Position numbers and translations under genes: made by a program
From: the human T2T-CHM13v2.0 reference genome, Homo sapiens
Reading direction: 5' to 3' (one strand)
DNA length: 64,000 nt
NCBI RefSeq assembly: GCF_009914755.1
Contig: NC_060925.1
Notes under the pieces: generated by a model
The model's database searches: none
Told to the model about the DNA's origin: nothing
What the model saw: the letters and a program-made list of their open reading frames with translations, nothing else
Shown: one piece after another, positions 1 through 12,729 of the stretch
Layout of the letters: each line of letters starts with the position of its first letter
Numbering within the stretch: position 1 is the first letter of the stretch

Positions 1-699
1 AAATATCTGAAATGAAAAATATAGGACTGAGGCAGGGAGCAAGTAATGAAGTCAACAGTCGAAGAGATCAACATAGCTGAAGAGATCATGAATTGAAGAG
101 CAGAAGTGAGGAAGCACGGAGAGATAAAGGGCTGGAAAGTTTGAAGGAGAAAAGGCTTAGAGGTTAGATTGAGAAGCTCTGATATACCATCATAATTTTT
201 TTCTTGAGTTTCTTCTGATTTTGTCAGACTAGTTTGTATTATACTAATCCTTCCACTGTGAATACCAGAAAAGCGTATATATGTTTACTGTGAGTGTAAA
301 TAGAAATAATATAACTCTCCTTGGAGAATACCGTGGCATTGATGCCTAGAAAGGCCAGAATGGTGGAGATGAAGGAAATGAAGAGAAATGTGCCATCAGA
401 TGCCACTTTTCCCTCCAGGTATTTGCCAGTTTGTAAGTGGCAGCAAAGAAGCTAAATTAGGTGCCAGAGCTTTCAACAGTCTCTCAGAACTGAGGAGACA
501 GAATAGGAGTTCAAGACTCGCCAAGGAGGAGGGGCCTGGTGAACCCCCTAGGCTTTCAGTTTGGACCCCCAGAAGGTTTCTCTCAGGAGTAAGGGCAAGC
601 TGGCAATAGACCAGCACCCAGCAAGGCTGACACTTACCTTCTAACTCGCTCAAATGGATCAAGGTTCCTTTTCTCTACCCCGGCTGCCTGCCAAAAGCA

Positions 700-1020
700 A
701 ACAAGTACTCTCTGGAGGAAGATAACATCGTTCAGACCCTCAAATTAACGCTATCATTTTTCAAATACAATGTCTGGCAGTCAATAAAACATTACCAAAT
801 GCTTAAGATGGTAAAACCAAATGATGGTAAAACAAGAGAAAAAAAATACACAGGAGAATTAGAATTGCACAGGACCTTCTTAACTTGCAGTCATATTGGA
901 CATAGACTTTTAAATAACTGTAATTAATACATTGAAATAAATAGATAATAAGATGGAGAAATTTGCCAGAGAACTAGAGTCTCTTAAAATAAACTAAATG
1001 GAAATTCTGGAACTAAAATT
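700..1020 (+). mobile_element. Old L1M ORF1-region fragment
   Basis: A-rich sequence with typical motifs 'aaataactgtaattaatac', 'gagaactaga', 'aaatggaaattctggaact'. Confidence 0.55.
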
Positions 1021-2385
1021 TTCCTGGGAGCAGGTAATATCTTAATCCTGTGTTCAATGTGGAAGTTGGGATGAAGTTGGAGTCTGGGGCCATGATCCTA
1101 ACAGGTGAAATAGAGCTGACTGGCTCTTTAGGACTGTTCTAGTAATGTGCTGCTTGGCTGTGGCTCGGGAAGGAGGCAGAGGCAAGCATGAGAATAGGAA
1201 CCAGGCCTGTGCAGCATGCAGATATAATATCTAGGATTGCTCCTGAGAACACAACTCTTGGTTAGTAAGATACTGGTTAGATGTCTGTAGGGGAGAGAGG
1301 AAACCCTGGAGTAAGAAAAAGCCCTGAGGAGGACAGAATGTTGCAAAAACTTCTTTTTGTTTTCTTTACATGTTTTCCTATGGCCAATTAGGGTACCCAG
1401 AATGGTATGTCTGCCTCTTTTATTTTTAATTATTTGCTTATTTTATATTTTTAAATATTACATTATAGTGAATTGTATCATCCTTTATTTTTATTTGCTG
1501 GGTTGTTAGGTGCTTGAAGCCTGAGTTTCTGTTTCACCTGTTCCTGTTAATTTTCTCTGTGTTACTTTTTCTTTTTCAAATTCTCAACCACCCTCTGTCC
1601 CACACCCAGCATATTGCCCTCACGTGATAGGAGCTAAGTACATAAATGTTTGTTGAATGAATGGTAGAAGACATAGCCCTTGATTGACTTATGAGTTTCA
1701 GTTCTTAATGTGCTCCCTGAATGATAATCCCAGGGTGGTAGTAATACAATGAAAAACATACATTTCTGTTTTTAGGGAACTGAAAATAGAGGAGGAGGGG
1801 AGCTAGAACCTGAGAAGAACAGTGGGAAATGCAAGACGTGTCTCAACTGCTCAAAGCCTTGTGACACTTCTTCAGCAACTTTTTTCATTACTAATGGTAT
1901 CCAATACAGAAATCATACCTGTAATTTGAATGGAAAATCTAGTATGAAGAATTATTAACTAGTAAATGAAAATCAACTGCTAAGATGGGTAAAAAGAACT
2001 TTAAAGAATACAAGAGAAGCAGCCTGTGTCCCTAGGGCTGAGTGAGAGTGTCCAAGGAAGAATAAACTAGGAAGGGATCCCCCAAAGCTGAGACTCAGAT
2101 CTCCTTGCAGAGTTAGTGGCTGGGGCCCACTGGATGGTAGAGAAGTCACTGGAGCACCACAGGACAGGGCTGGTAAGCAGGAAGCTGTCCACTGGGGCGC
2201 CAGCAAAACCGGACGGAGGGGTGTATGCTGCTGGGTCTCCCATATCCCATTGGCCAGGAAGTTGCCTGCTGTGCCATAGAAGTAAGAACAAAAGCACTAG
2301 AACCAGGAAGAGAAGCTTTTCCTTTCAGCACCCTCTACTGACAGGACCCAATGTTGTGCCAGCTGGCAATGGGGAAATGTTCAGA

Positions 2386-3667
2386 GCAGCTCAGTCCAAT
2401 AGAAATATAATGCAAGCCACATATGTAATTTCAGAATTTCTACTAGTCACATTAAAAAGCTAAAAAGAATCTGGTGATACTAATTTTTAAATTTGGGTAA
2501 GATATAACATAAAATTTACCATCTTCACCATTTTTCAAGGTACAGTTCAGTAGTTGTGCAAACCAAACTTCGAAACTTTTTCATCTTGCAGATCTGAAAC
2601 TCTACACCCATTAAACAACAACTTCCCTTTCTTCTTTCCCTGCAACACCAGTTAACCACGATTCTCATTATTTCAATGAATTTTATTACTCTGGGTATCT
2701 CATATAAGTGGAATTATGCAGTATTTGTTTTTTTGTAATGGGCTTATTTCACTTAGCATAATGTCCTCAAGGTTCATCTTTGTTGTAGCAGGTGTCGAAT
2801 TTCCTCCTTTTAAAGGCTAATATTTCATTGTATGTAGGTAGCATATTTTGTGTATACATTCATATGTCAATGGATTGGCTGGGTTGCTTTTACCTTTTGG
2901 CTATTGTGAATAATGCTGCTGTGAACATAGGTGTACAAATATCTCTTTAAGACCCCGCTTTCAGTTATTCTGGATATATACCCAGAAGTAGAATTGCTGG
3001 ATCATATAGTAATTCTATTTTCAATTTTTTGAGAAACCACTATTTTCCATAGCAAATGCATCATTTTACATTTCCACCAACAGTGTACATGGGTTCCAGT
3101 TTCTCCACATCCTTGCCAACACTTGGTCTTTTCTGATTTTTAATAGTGAGCATCCTAATGGATGTAAAGTGGCATCTCCTTATAGTTTTGATTTATATTT
3201 CCCTAATGATTAGTGATGTTGAGCAGCTTTTCATATGCCTCCTGGCCATTTGGGTGTCTTCTTTGAAGAAATGTCTACTCAAGTCTTCTGCCCATTTTAA
3301 AATTGGTTTATTTGGCTTTTGTGTTGTTGAGCTGTACTTCTTATATAGTCTGGACATTAACCCTTTATCAGATACATGATTTGGAAACATTTTCTTCTGT
3401 TCAATGTGATGTCTTTTTACTCTGTTGTGTCTTTTGCACAGGCGTTTTACATTTTAATGCAGTCCAATGTATTTATTTATGTTTTTGTTGCCTTAATTTT
3501 AATAATATATTTTATTTAACCCAATATATTTAAAATATTCAATATGTCATCAACATACAATTATTGATATTTTATGTTTTTGCACTAATGTACAGTTAGT
3601 ACAAACTGTACTGTCATACTGGCCACATTTCAAGTGCTCAGTAGCTATATATGACCAGTGACTACAG
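2386..3667. mobile_element. MER33 hAT-Charlie MITE split by L1 (pieces about 2386-2487 and 3493-3667)
   Basis: 'gtccaatagaaatataatgcaagccacatatgtaattt' ... 'taattttaataatatattttatttaacccaatatat' ... 'gccacatttcaagtgctca' are collinear with the MER33 consensus. Confidence 0.85.
2488..3492 (-). mobile_element. 5'-truncated L1MB-type element (3'UTR and ORF2 end)
   Basis: Typical antisense L1M 3' end; the ORF track shows L1 ORF2 C-terminal remnant '[33 protein letters not shown]'. Confidence 0.92.
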
Positions 3668-4510
3668 GGTTCCTCTCCAGTATCAGAAAGCAGGGCAAAG
3701 CAGGAGAGACTTGGAGCTGAGAGATGATAAATTGATAACTGGCACAGGATTATAGTAATTATGTGGCCACATATGGAGCATTACATATAATTAAAAGCCA
3801 TGTTCTAAAAAGTTACGAAAATTTTAGGAAAAGGCTTATGTGAAGTTCAAACAGAAACCACCTATGTATTGAAAAAGAAAGGAAATACACTGAAATCTTA
3901 GCAATGGTTATCTTTGGGAATTAGTATTGGGCTGTTTTGGTTTCTTCTTCCTACATTTATGTATTTTCAAAGTTGGTTTAATGAGCACACACAGTTTATC
4001 CACATAAAGTTTATGCTCTTGTAGCACAGAGGTATCCTTTGTAACTCTAAGCAGTGGAGCTTATTAGAAGTCTAGGCCCCTAAGCTTCAATTTGGTCGCA
4101 ATTTGAGAGAGAAATAGGTACCTTGGAAAATGGGATTGACTCCAGTTAATTGTGCAAACCTGGGTTTGTAAAGTGCAAAGATCTTGCCATTCTGAGTTTG
4201 AAAGGTCATGACTGGGAGTCCTCGAGGTGGCAGAAAACCTAATCCCTCTGAATTTATGGGACAAGGGAAGGTGGTTTATTCAGTTTCTGTTAAAAGCTGC
4301 TTGTTAATGGCTGTGATTGGAATACTTGACATTGTTCACTTCCTTTTTTCCTCTTGGGGATCAGAGAATTAAAAGGCTGTTATTGGAATTGATTTATTTT
4401 GCCACTTTTATGTAGAACATTTTATCTTCCCTGCTCTGTCATACAAAGTGGAAGTTCTTTCTTTTCCTCAGGGAAGCTGAAGAGTGTTGTGATCTTCTTT
4501 TGTGCTTAGA

Positions 4511-4548
4511 GTGTGTGTGTGTGTGTGTCTAAGTGTGTGTGTGTGTGT
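4511..4548. repeat. Interrupted (GT)n microsatellite
   Basis: Two GT runs separated by 'ctaa'. Confidence 0.95.
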
Positions 4549-4769
4549 TGCAGATGCGGTCTGCTGACACAGCTACAAGACAGCTTGCCCATTCTGTGGG
4601 ATTCTCTCTTGTGCTTTGATTCTGCTAACCTGCCTCAATTTTATGCTGGTTTGGCTTACCAAGGGTGAAAGTGCATGAGACCAACCCCAAATCTGAATAT
4701 TAAAAAAATTTTAAAGCAAATAGTTATTTGCTTTATTATGTACCTATTATGTACCTATTATGTACCTTT

Positions 4770-4995
4770 ATTATGCACTCTATTATGTAATAGACACTGA
4801 TTTAAGTCCTTGTCATAAATGAACTCATCTAATCCTCATAATAACCCTATGATACATAGGTATGGTTGTTTCTCCCATTTCATATACAGGAAACTAACAC
4901 ACAGAGGTTTAGTAACTTGCTGAAGGACTCATAGCCAGAAAGAGGATGAGGCAGAATTCAAATTTACAGTCTGGCTCCATAGTCTGTGCCCTTAA
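4770..4995 (-). mobile_element. MIR SINE
   Basis: 'ctcatctaatcctcataataaccctatga...cccattt...aggaaact...gtaacttgc' MIR core. Confidence 0.85.
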
Positions 4996-5008
4996 GAATT
5001 AAACTGTG

Positions 5009-5193
5009 TAGTGGTTCTCAAACTTCAGTGTGTTTTAGAATCTACTGGAGGGCTTATTAAAACACAGGTTGCTGGGCCCCACCTTCAGAGTTTCTGCTTC
5101 AGTAGGTCTGAGGTAGGGCCAAGCACTGGCATTTCTAAGTTCCCAGGTTATACTGATATTGCTGCTCCAGGGATTACACTTTGAGAAGCATTG
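5009..5193. mobile_element. MER5A hAT-Charlie MITE
   Basis: TIRs 'agtggttctcaaa' / 'tttgagaagcatt'; internal 'ggagggcttattaaaacacag...gctgggccccacc'. Confidence 0.9.
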
Positions 5194-5419
5194 AGCTATA
5201 TATGGAACCCCTGGTGTTGCTCATCCTCATGGCCAAAGCAAACAGAGCTTGCTAAGTAGCTCCTCCCCACCCCAATGCCTGTGGCTCTTGCATGGTGGTG
5301 GCTGGCGGGGTAGTTGTACTGCTGTGGCTCTGACTCTCCCAGGAGGGTCAGACTACCCTAGACTCTAACCTGGTTGTTTTCCAAGTGTCCTCCTTTACTT
5401 GAGGTATGTCTTTAAAAAT

Positions 5420-5635
5420 AACATCTTTATTGAGACAAAATCAATACTGTACAGTTTACCCATTTAAAGTGTAATATTCAGTGATTTTTTTTTGGTAGAT
5501 CCAGTTGTGTTACCGTCACCACAATTTAAGAATGTTTTCATTATCCCAAGAAGAAACCCTATACCCAATAGCAGTCACTCCAATTTTCCCCCAATAACCA
5601 TCAACCTTAGAAACACTTGATGAACTTTTATCATT
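5420..5635 (-). mobile_element. L1M 3' end fragment
   Basis: 'ctttattgag...tttacccatttaaagtgta...ttttcattatcccaagaagaaacccta...gcagtcactcc'. Confidence 0.8.
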
Positions 5636-5949
5636 TATTTTAAGTACTTTATTGTCCAATCCCAAAGATAGATATGACTTTCTGGGACTTTATTTGCAAG
5701 GCAGTGTTTTGAACTCAAGCCTCTCAAAACTTTGCTTTGTGGCCAGGACTTGTGAGGATTTTCTTGGCCTACTAAGTGGTTCCTCTTCTTCCAAGAAACT
5801 CGTATGAGATGTTTAACCTCTTCTCCATGCTCCTGAATACTTTGGGATTGGAGATCTGACTCTGGCACCTTGGAATGGTTTGTGATTTTCTTTTTTCCTT
5901 TAAAATTCAACAGTTAGGGAAGCATTACACATGTGGTAGTAACCTACTT

Positions 5950-6394
5950 TGAGAAACACATCTTGTCTGCTATTGGACATACATGAAGATGAATAAGACA
6001 TGGTTTTAACACCCAAGGAATTTAAAATCTAGTAGGAAAGACCAACATGCATAGAGAGGACTGCAAACACAGGCAGAATGCGATTGGGCCCAGGAGATGG
6101 GCAGAGTGCTGAGGAAGCACATTTTGCTCATGGACAAGGGGGCATGGTATCTGGACCTTGAGAAATGGGTATCATTCCAGTACATGAAGATGAGGAAAAG
6201 CTATAGGCAGTGAGAAGCAGAGCTAGTATCCTAGCAATGAGTTGGGAACAAGAGGGCTTTAAAGGAGCGAGGGTAGGAAGTCACATTGGGCTTATATCAT
6301 AGAGTGCATTGAGGACCACCATGCTAAGGAGTGTTCCTATTCCATAGATAGTGGGAAAATGAGGAGTTTTAGATCAGGGAATGGCAGAGCTGTG
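5950..6394 (-). mobile_element. L2 fragments
   Basis: Purine-rich antisense L2 3' motifs ('gatgaataagaca', 'catgctaaggagt', 'gggaa...gagttttag'). Confidence 0.6.
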
Positions 6395-6454
6395 CTCTTG
6401 GATGTCTCTTTTATAGAAATTTTTCTCTTGGATGTCTCTTTTATAGAAATTTTT
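6395..6454. repeat. Perfect 30-bp tandem duplication (ctcttggatgtctcttttatagaaattttt x2)
   Basis: Read directly from the sequence. Confidence 0.97.
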
Positions 6455-7591
6455 GTCTTGTGAAGTTGGCAAGATCATTGTGGCAGCTCTTCTTCCCAAG
6501 TTGCCCAGGGTCTCTAACTTCTGAATTCCTCCCACGTGGAGCCAATGTGTCTCTTCCTCTCTATGTGTCCTGTGCCACTTTGTGTCCCCATCCTTCCCAA
6601 CTCACTCCCTCCTTAAAATTCTTGCTGTCCTGTTCTCCATGATGTTTCTAATCTAAGGTTTCTATCACAGGAGGAATGGGTGCTGCCATAACTCCTGAGT
6701 CCATTCCAGAAACCACAGATGGGTTTTCACAGTGCTCTGTTGCAGGACCACAGCTCCACACCCACCCTCACTCCCACTCCCATGTGCAGTGCCCTTTGTG
6801 TTTAATCAAATTGAGTGGGGAATTGTAGCCACATAGAAGAGGCTGTTGCTTCTGGAGTTCTGCAAACTATACCCTGCAATCGGCTGTTGAGGCAGAACCC
6901 TACTCTGATTCCAACCCCTCGCTGGTTGTTTTATGCCCTGTTCTGACAGTTCCCTGGGCTGAGTTTGCTCATCACATTCTCAACCTGTTCATTTAGATTT
7001 GGGCTACCTCCTTTTATTGTTTTAAACCTGAGCGTTCCTTCAGTAAGTCCTGAATATGTGAAGAAGAAATGTAGTACAGAGAGAGAGAAATTTTTCCTAT
7101 TAAACATTTTAAAACTTTTTTTTTTTAACTTGCCAAGTGTTATGAGGTTTAGATCCTGGGGACCTGATTCTGAAAGCTTTTCCCCCATAGAAGGGTTCAC
7201 TCAGCTAACTTGAATTTGAACTTAATCTTACTCATCTCCCCACAACAAATCATTTTTCTCTCTGTCATGATTTCGTTGCACTCTGTGGCAACAGGCATGA
7301 CCCTTACTGGGAAGCTCTTATGTAAGAGCTTGCCTAAGTGAAGAAGCCTTCCCTGGCGCTGGTATTGGCTCTTGGTAGCATGAGCCTTTGTTGCCTTTTT
7401 CCATTGCCCTCTCCCTGATCTCTGCACCTTGCAGGTCCTCACTGTTGCGCATACCTGGAAAGGGGCCATGGGGAGCCTCGTCAAGGCTGACTTGTCAAAG
7501 GCTCTTGCTGGTTTGTGTTTCAGGCTCTTGGAGCATGGTCAACAGTGCGGAAACATGCTGCATGGGGAGATCAAAGCTTCAGTGGCCAGAA

Positions 7592-7669
7592 TGATGCAGT
7601 CACTACTCTGCTTAATTAAAACCAGGCCTGTGTACGTGGTTTTAATTAAGCAGAGTAGTGACTGCATCA
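7592..7669. repeat. Perfect inverted repeat, 33-bp arms, 12-nt loop
   Basis: tgatgcagtcactactctgcttaattaaaacca (7592-7624) is the exact reverse complement of 7637-7669. Confidence 0.99.
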
Positions 7670-8289
7670 CTAGAGGCCAAGGGGCAGTTACAAGAAAGGT
7701 GATGGTGGTTAATTCCTGGCATTCCGTCTCTTGGTCCACATGGGGCCAGTGTTCAAGGAGCACTTGCCTGACTCACTGATGACATGAATATGTTTCATGC
7801 TCACATACATGCATCCATGTGTTTAGATCATTTGCTGATACTTGTCGCATCAGTTGGATAAATCAAAGAAATATAGAATCTGAGATCTAGAAGGCACATA
7901 GACATCATCTGGTTTCATTCATTGGAGATGAGAAACTGAGGCCAGGGGGATCCTCCAAGAGTTTGTTAGGAGCACAGTCTACATGTTAAGTGATATTTCA
8001 TGTCACTTCCCCAGTCCCAGTTTAGAGTTGTATTGTAAATGACAAATATAGGTTAGTTAAATTCTCATTCATTCGTTCCACAGATGTTAACTGATCACCA
8101 GATTCTGTGTATCAGGGTCTTTGATTTCATTACTGATTTCCCATTCCTCTGGCTTCTTTCCACCTCAACTCCATAGTACAGTTCAGCTTTCCATTCCTAT
8201 GCTAGTAGCTGTCCAACTTTCTAATACCAATCAGCAATTTTGAATATGTACAACTGTGCTACCATTTTCCTTGGTCACTAATAACAAAA

Positions 8290-8470
8290 ACTACCATTAT
8301 ATTGAGCCCCTATGAACCTGTTAGATGCTTTACAGATACGATCTCACTTAATCCCCAGGAAAATATTTTTAGCTGACTTGCCCTTCACAACATACCATTC
8401 ATATTTTCACAGCTGAAGGGCTGCAAGCTTGAGCAGTGTGTCCAGGGATACCCAGAGAGTAACTAGCGGA
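8290..8470 (-). mobile_element. MIR SINE (diverged)
   Basis: 'ctaccattatattgagc...atctcacttaatcc...attttcacagctga'. Confidence 0.6.
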
Positions 8471-11400
8471 CATGTCTTTCTACTCCCGTCCATCAGTCTG
8501 CCATTAAAGCACACCCTTTGCCCATATGTTACTTCTGTTAAGCCATGAGGAAGCAGGGCAAGTCATCCCTCTAGTCCCCTCTCTCCTCTTTCCATTTTTT
8601 GCTTTCTTGAACACTCCAGCCCCCTTTCCCTCTTTTTCTTTGGTGGGGGATGGGGGGGCAGGTGTATTCCTGCATTCCTCAATTTGCCTTCCTTTCTGTT
8701 TCCCTTGGTTAGAAATGTTGTCTCTATAAATCGAAACCCATAGTTCACAGGCCAGTCCATGTATTGCAGAAGAGTCTGGCTGGTTTCAGGCTTCCTGGTC
8801 TGCATGCAGGCTGTACTTCCTCACTGACCTGTCTTCACCCTCCTTCTTAGGCATCAGAGGAGCCTCTCCTAGCTAAATTGCTAGTTACTTGAGAAGGAAA
8901 ATGTTTCATCTTGATGGTAGCATATTATTCAGAGCCCTGGATAACCCCCAGCTCTCCTGGAAACACAATACGTGTATGTTTGATGGAATTTATCTTGATG
9001 ATTGGTGAGAGGGTGGTGATTTAAACCAGCTCGTTTCCCGTTTACCACTGAGGCCAGCTCACCTTTGCTGGAGAGGGTTCTTGACTCTTTCTTTGTAGCA
9101 GGAACTCCCAAGTTAATCAAGTCTTTTCAAGAGCTTCAGGCTGAAAGTCAAGATCCCTCAGGTTAGACCCAATGTTGAAATTTTAACTGGGCAAATTCTC
9201 ATTAGAGACAAAGGGCCAAAGACTGTGCTGGTGGAATCTAATGTCTTTTAATGTTGACTTCAATCCAGTAAAGCCCTTGTTAAGCCATTTAACTGTAAAA
9301 TTGGGCCTTGGGAAGGCAGGACACCCTCTGAAATTAGAGGTCAGGAGATTTGAATTTGATTTCCAGCCCTCTGCCAGTCAGTCAGCCACTCACTCTCAAG
9401 CCTTAGGCTAGTCACTTTCTGTCTGTTTCTCAATTTTCCACAGGGATTTTTGTGGGCATTAAGGCCCACTGGGAAATGATCCCCTTTTCAGCTCAGTGCC
9501 TGGTTTGTTAAGGATACTGGTCAATCTGGACTTTAACACACCTATGATTTTGGATTAACTCTATTACCTCTGCCAGAAATTAACACAGAAAATTGACAGT
9601 TGATTGACAAGAAGGAGAATCAGTTTTAAAGAATTAAAATATAACTGAGTCCTTTATTACTTAAAGAATATTCAACTCAAGTGGACACAGATCACCCATT
9701 CTAACTTCATCAGCTATAGCACTTAAAGGAGGCAGGCTTTGCGGGGACAGTGTTAGCTATGTACTTTGAAAAAGTCGTGTGCTCTACAAATAAAAAGCTA
9801 CTTTTGTTGTTACTTTTGGTCCCCAGTAGAAATGGAAGTCATTTTCAGAGATTTCAGAGAGCATGGGAGACACATGAGTCCTTTGCTGTCCTCTTGTCTG
9901 CCTCTGAGGGTGAAATGAGAGGAGTGTGAAGCACTTTGGGGTGTGGCCAGGCACACAGCTAGGCTCGATGCAGAGCTGCTGTCGTGGTGGTGTGGCCCCA
10001 GTCATCATGAGCCACATCTGACAGGATTAATCACATTTCATATGCAAGCATGCTCTCTGCTTGACCGTGCTGTTGTTTTTAATGAGAGCATCATTTACAG
10101 TATGGTGCAGTGCTTTAACCTGATAGCCCTGCCTAATTTTGTTCTGTGTAACAATGTGTGGACTTGAATAGGAGGCAGGGTTGGGGGAGAAGGAGGGAGA
10201 ATGGACGTATGAATAAGAGAAAGGTGTCTCTTCCTTTGGAGCATGGATGGGTTCCAGTCCCCACTAACCCCCTCAGCTGGGTATTTTTGTGCGGGTCACA
10301 GCCTGTGCTACATTAAGCATCAGCCCTGGTTGGGGATAGAGTCTACAGGGGAAGGGTTAGGGCTTCATCAAAGAAGCAGCTCTCTTAAGTGACCTCCACT
10401 TAACTTACCTGCTAGTCTCCATTCCTTCTGTAAAACATACTACTGGCAACTGCTGCTACGTGTTTTTGTTATTGTTGTCTTATGTGCCACCATAATTTTT
10501 TTCCCTCCATTAGGGCTGAATGCATACCAAGAGCCAATTGTGTGAATTCCTAAACTTGTTTGCACCAGTTATATTTGTTGTTGTAATTGAATAATTTAAT
10601 TATTACATAAATGAAATATGAGTGAGAAAAAATAGATGGCTAACATTCACTGAGTACTTACTGTGTGTTAGGTACTCTTCTAAGTATCTGACATCTCATC
10701 TCTTATAGTTGCTGCGTATATAAAAGTAGAATGTTTTGAAAAAAATGATAACAGTGAATTGTTACAGAAGTCACCAATGGATTAGTTATGAAGAAGACAG
10801 CATAAAAAAGTTGGAGGGAAAGTAAAAATCTTAGAAGGATCCTGCACCCATGTTACTCAGCAAATGTCTCTAAGTTCTTAATCCACTTGGAAGAAAGCAA
10901 AATTAGAAATCAGAGTCAATATATTGTGTTATTTATGTAAGGAAGAGTTTGGTAAGTTAATCTGTAGACCTATTCCTAGAGGAAAGACCTCCAATCTACA
11001 TTACAATATTAGTGAATAAACATACATTTATATATCTTATATTAAAATAAAATGTTTAAGGTATGCACATACTGTTTTCTATGGTTCTTTGCCTTAACAT
11101 CTGTTTTGAGTAATAGACCAACTTTTACTGGTTATGATTGTGTTTATAAGAAGTCTTTTACTGTAAGAAGATTAGTGAAGACAAATCAGATATGGGCTCC
11201 ACATGGCCCCAGCTGATGTGGGCAGGTGCCTCTAGGAGAGCCGAGGAAGCTCATCTAAGGAACGTGTCTAGGAAGTAGCCATTGTGATCTACAGATCATA
11301 TTCTCTTATTGCAAGTTCCTATTTTACCAGTTATTGGGTGAATTCCTAAAATTCAGTGGACTGCATCAACCAAGGTTTTGGAGCCCTATTTTGAGTATAA

Positions 11401-12226
11401 TGCAATTTGACATATTATAATGACACTGCCCTTTGGTGCCTGTCACCAAAAGGATTCCTTTGTTGTTCCAATGGTCAGATCCTGTGAAGACTGAGAGTGA
11501 ATATGTATTTGCACACATACTCACACAGATCAACACACGTGCTTATATTCAGTTAAGCAAATATTCAGCAAGCCTGCTGTATGCCAAGTGCTGGGCTGTG
11601 AGTCATAAGCCCCCAAGAGATTGCCTGATATGATTATTGCCCCTAAGTAACCTGGGGATGTACCTGGAGGAGTCACATATCACCAGCTAAGACAGATGGG
11701 CTAACAGAGGCCACTGTGAAGGACAAGAGGAGTGGGAGAGAACCCCAGTAGGAAAAGCAGCATAAACAAGTAGGGTGATGTTGCAAAGGGATTGTACAAC
11801 TCAATGAGTATAATGACTTCGAGAATAATTTACTTTCAGATTACTTTTACTTAGGTTTGTCTGATTTTATGCTCAAAATAATTCCAGGAAGTAAAAAGGC
11901 CTGTATATTGCCAACTAATACTTGGGGACACAGATGTAGAGGGAAGGTGACTTGCTTCAGTAATGTGGCATCAGAGCTCCCTCCAGGCTTCCCAGTGCCT
12001 GGATTGGTGCTCCTGCCACCAGATGGCAGCTTCCTGGCACATTTACCCACCTGCCACGCTAGAGACACTCATTGAAACCCATTCCTTAACTGCTCAGATG
12101 AGATTACCTTATTGCCTTATGGTCTGTCCTTCTCAATAAGCCACAACAACTGCCAGCTGACTGAACAGAGGGGCCTCACTGACTTCCATGATTGGCTCAA
12201 GTCCCATTCCTGCTGCACTGTGTGGC

Positions 12227-12228
<2 letters not shown>

Positions 12229-12270
<42 letters not shown>
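12229..12270. repeat. (GT)21 microsatellite
   Basis: Uninterrupted 42-bp run. Confidence 0.98.
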
Positions 12271-12271
<1 letters not shown>

Positions 12272-12729
12272 GAGGCATGCCTGCTCACCTGGCACGTGGA
12301 TTGGGATTCCTGCCTTCTGGCCCTATGGGCAGTACCTCAGAACAGCCTCTTCATTCAGTGCCTTCTGAACGGTTCAGGGAAATATTTTTGGCTTATACAT
12401 TCTGCCCAAGCCCAGGCAAGCTCAGCAGGGCCCCAGAATAGCACTTTGCCTTTTACTAGAGAAGGTTGCATTTGCAGAGGTACCATTAACCACCTGGATA
12501 AGGGCTCTTACAGCACAGCATGCTTTCTAGCGGGAGCCTGAATCACACTGTCTATATGAATTGAAGTCTCACTCACTGTTCTCCCAACTCAAAACAAAAA
12601 CTACAAACGTGGAGTAAAGATAAAACATCAGCGTGTTATTTGGCAGCTTTTTGTTTGCACAGGTACGCTGTGGAATGTATAAACAACCCCAAGGGAAAGA
12701 TACAAGGCACATGGTCATTTCTTCATGGT

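Larger units (their letters stand above)
1960..3748 (-). mobile_element. ERVL-type LTR (LTR33-like), split by nested MER33 and L1 (pieces about 1960-2385 and 3668-3748)
   Basis: 'caccctctactgaca...ttgtgccagctggcaa' and a terminal 'aattgataactggcaca' resemble LTR33-group sequence; family assigned by eye. Confidence 0.5.

Noticed and set aside
3146-3390. ORFs resembling L1 ORF2 C-terminus (also 17141-17649)
   Set aside because: Degenerate, truncated L1 fossils; not functional genes.
7429-7779. Opposite-strand ORFs that both contain MQSLLCLIKT
   Set aside because: A direct consequence of the DNA palindrome, not a duplicated protein motif.
10700-11170. AT-rich stretches that may be Tigger/Charlie remnants (also about 31200-31800 and 63630-63920)
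   Set aside because: No TIRs or diagnostic motifs could be identified confidently by eye.
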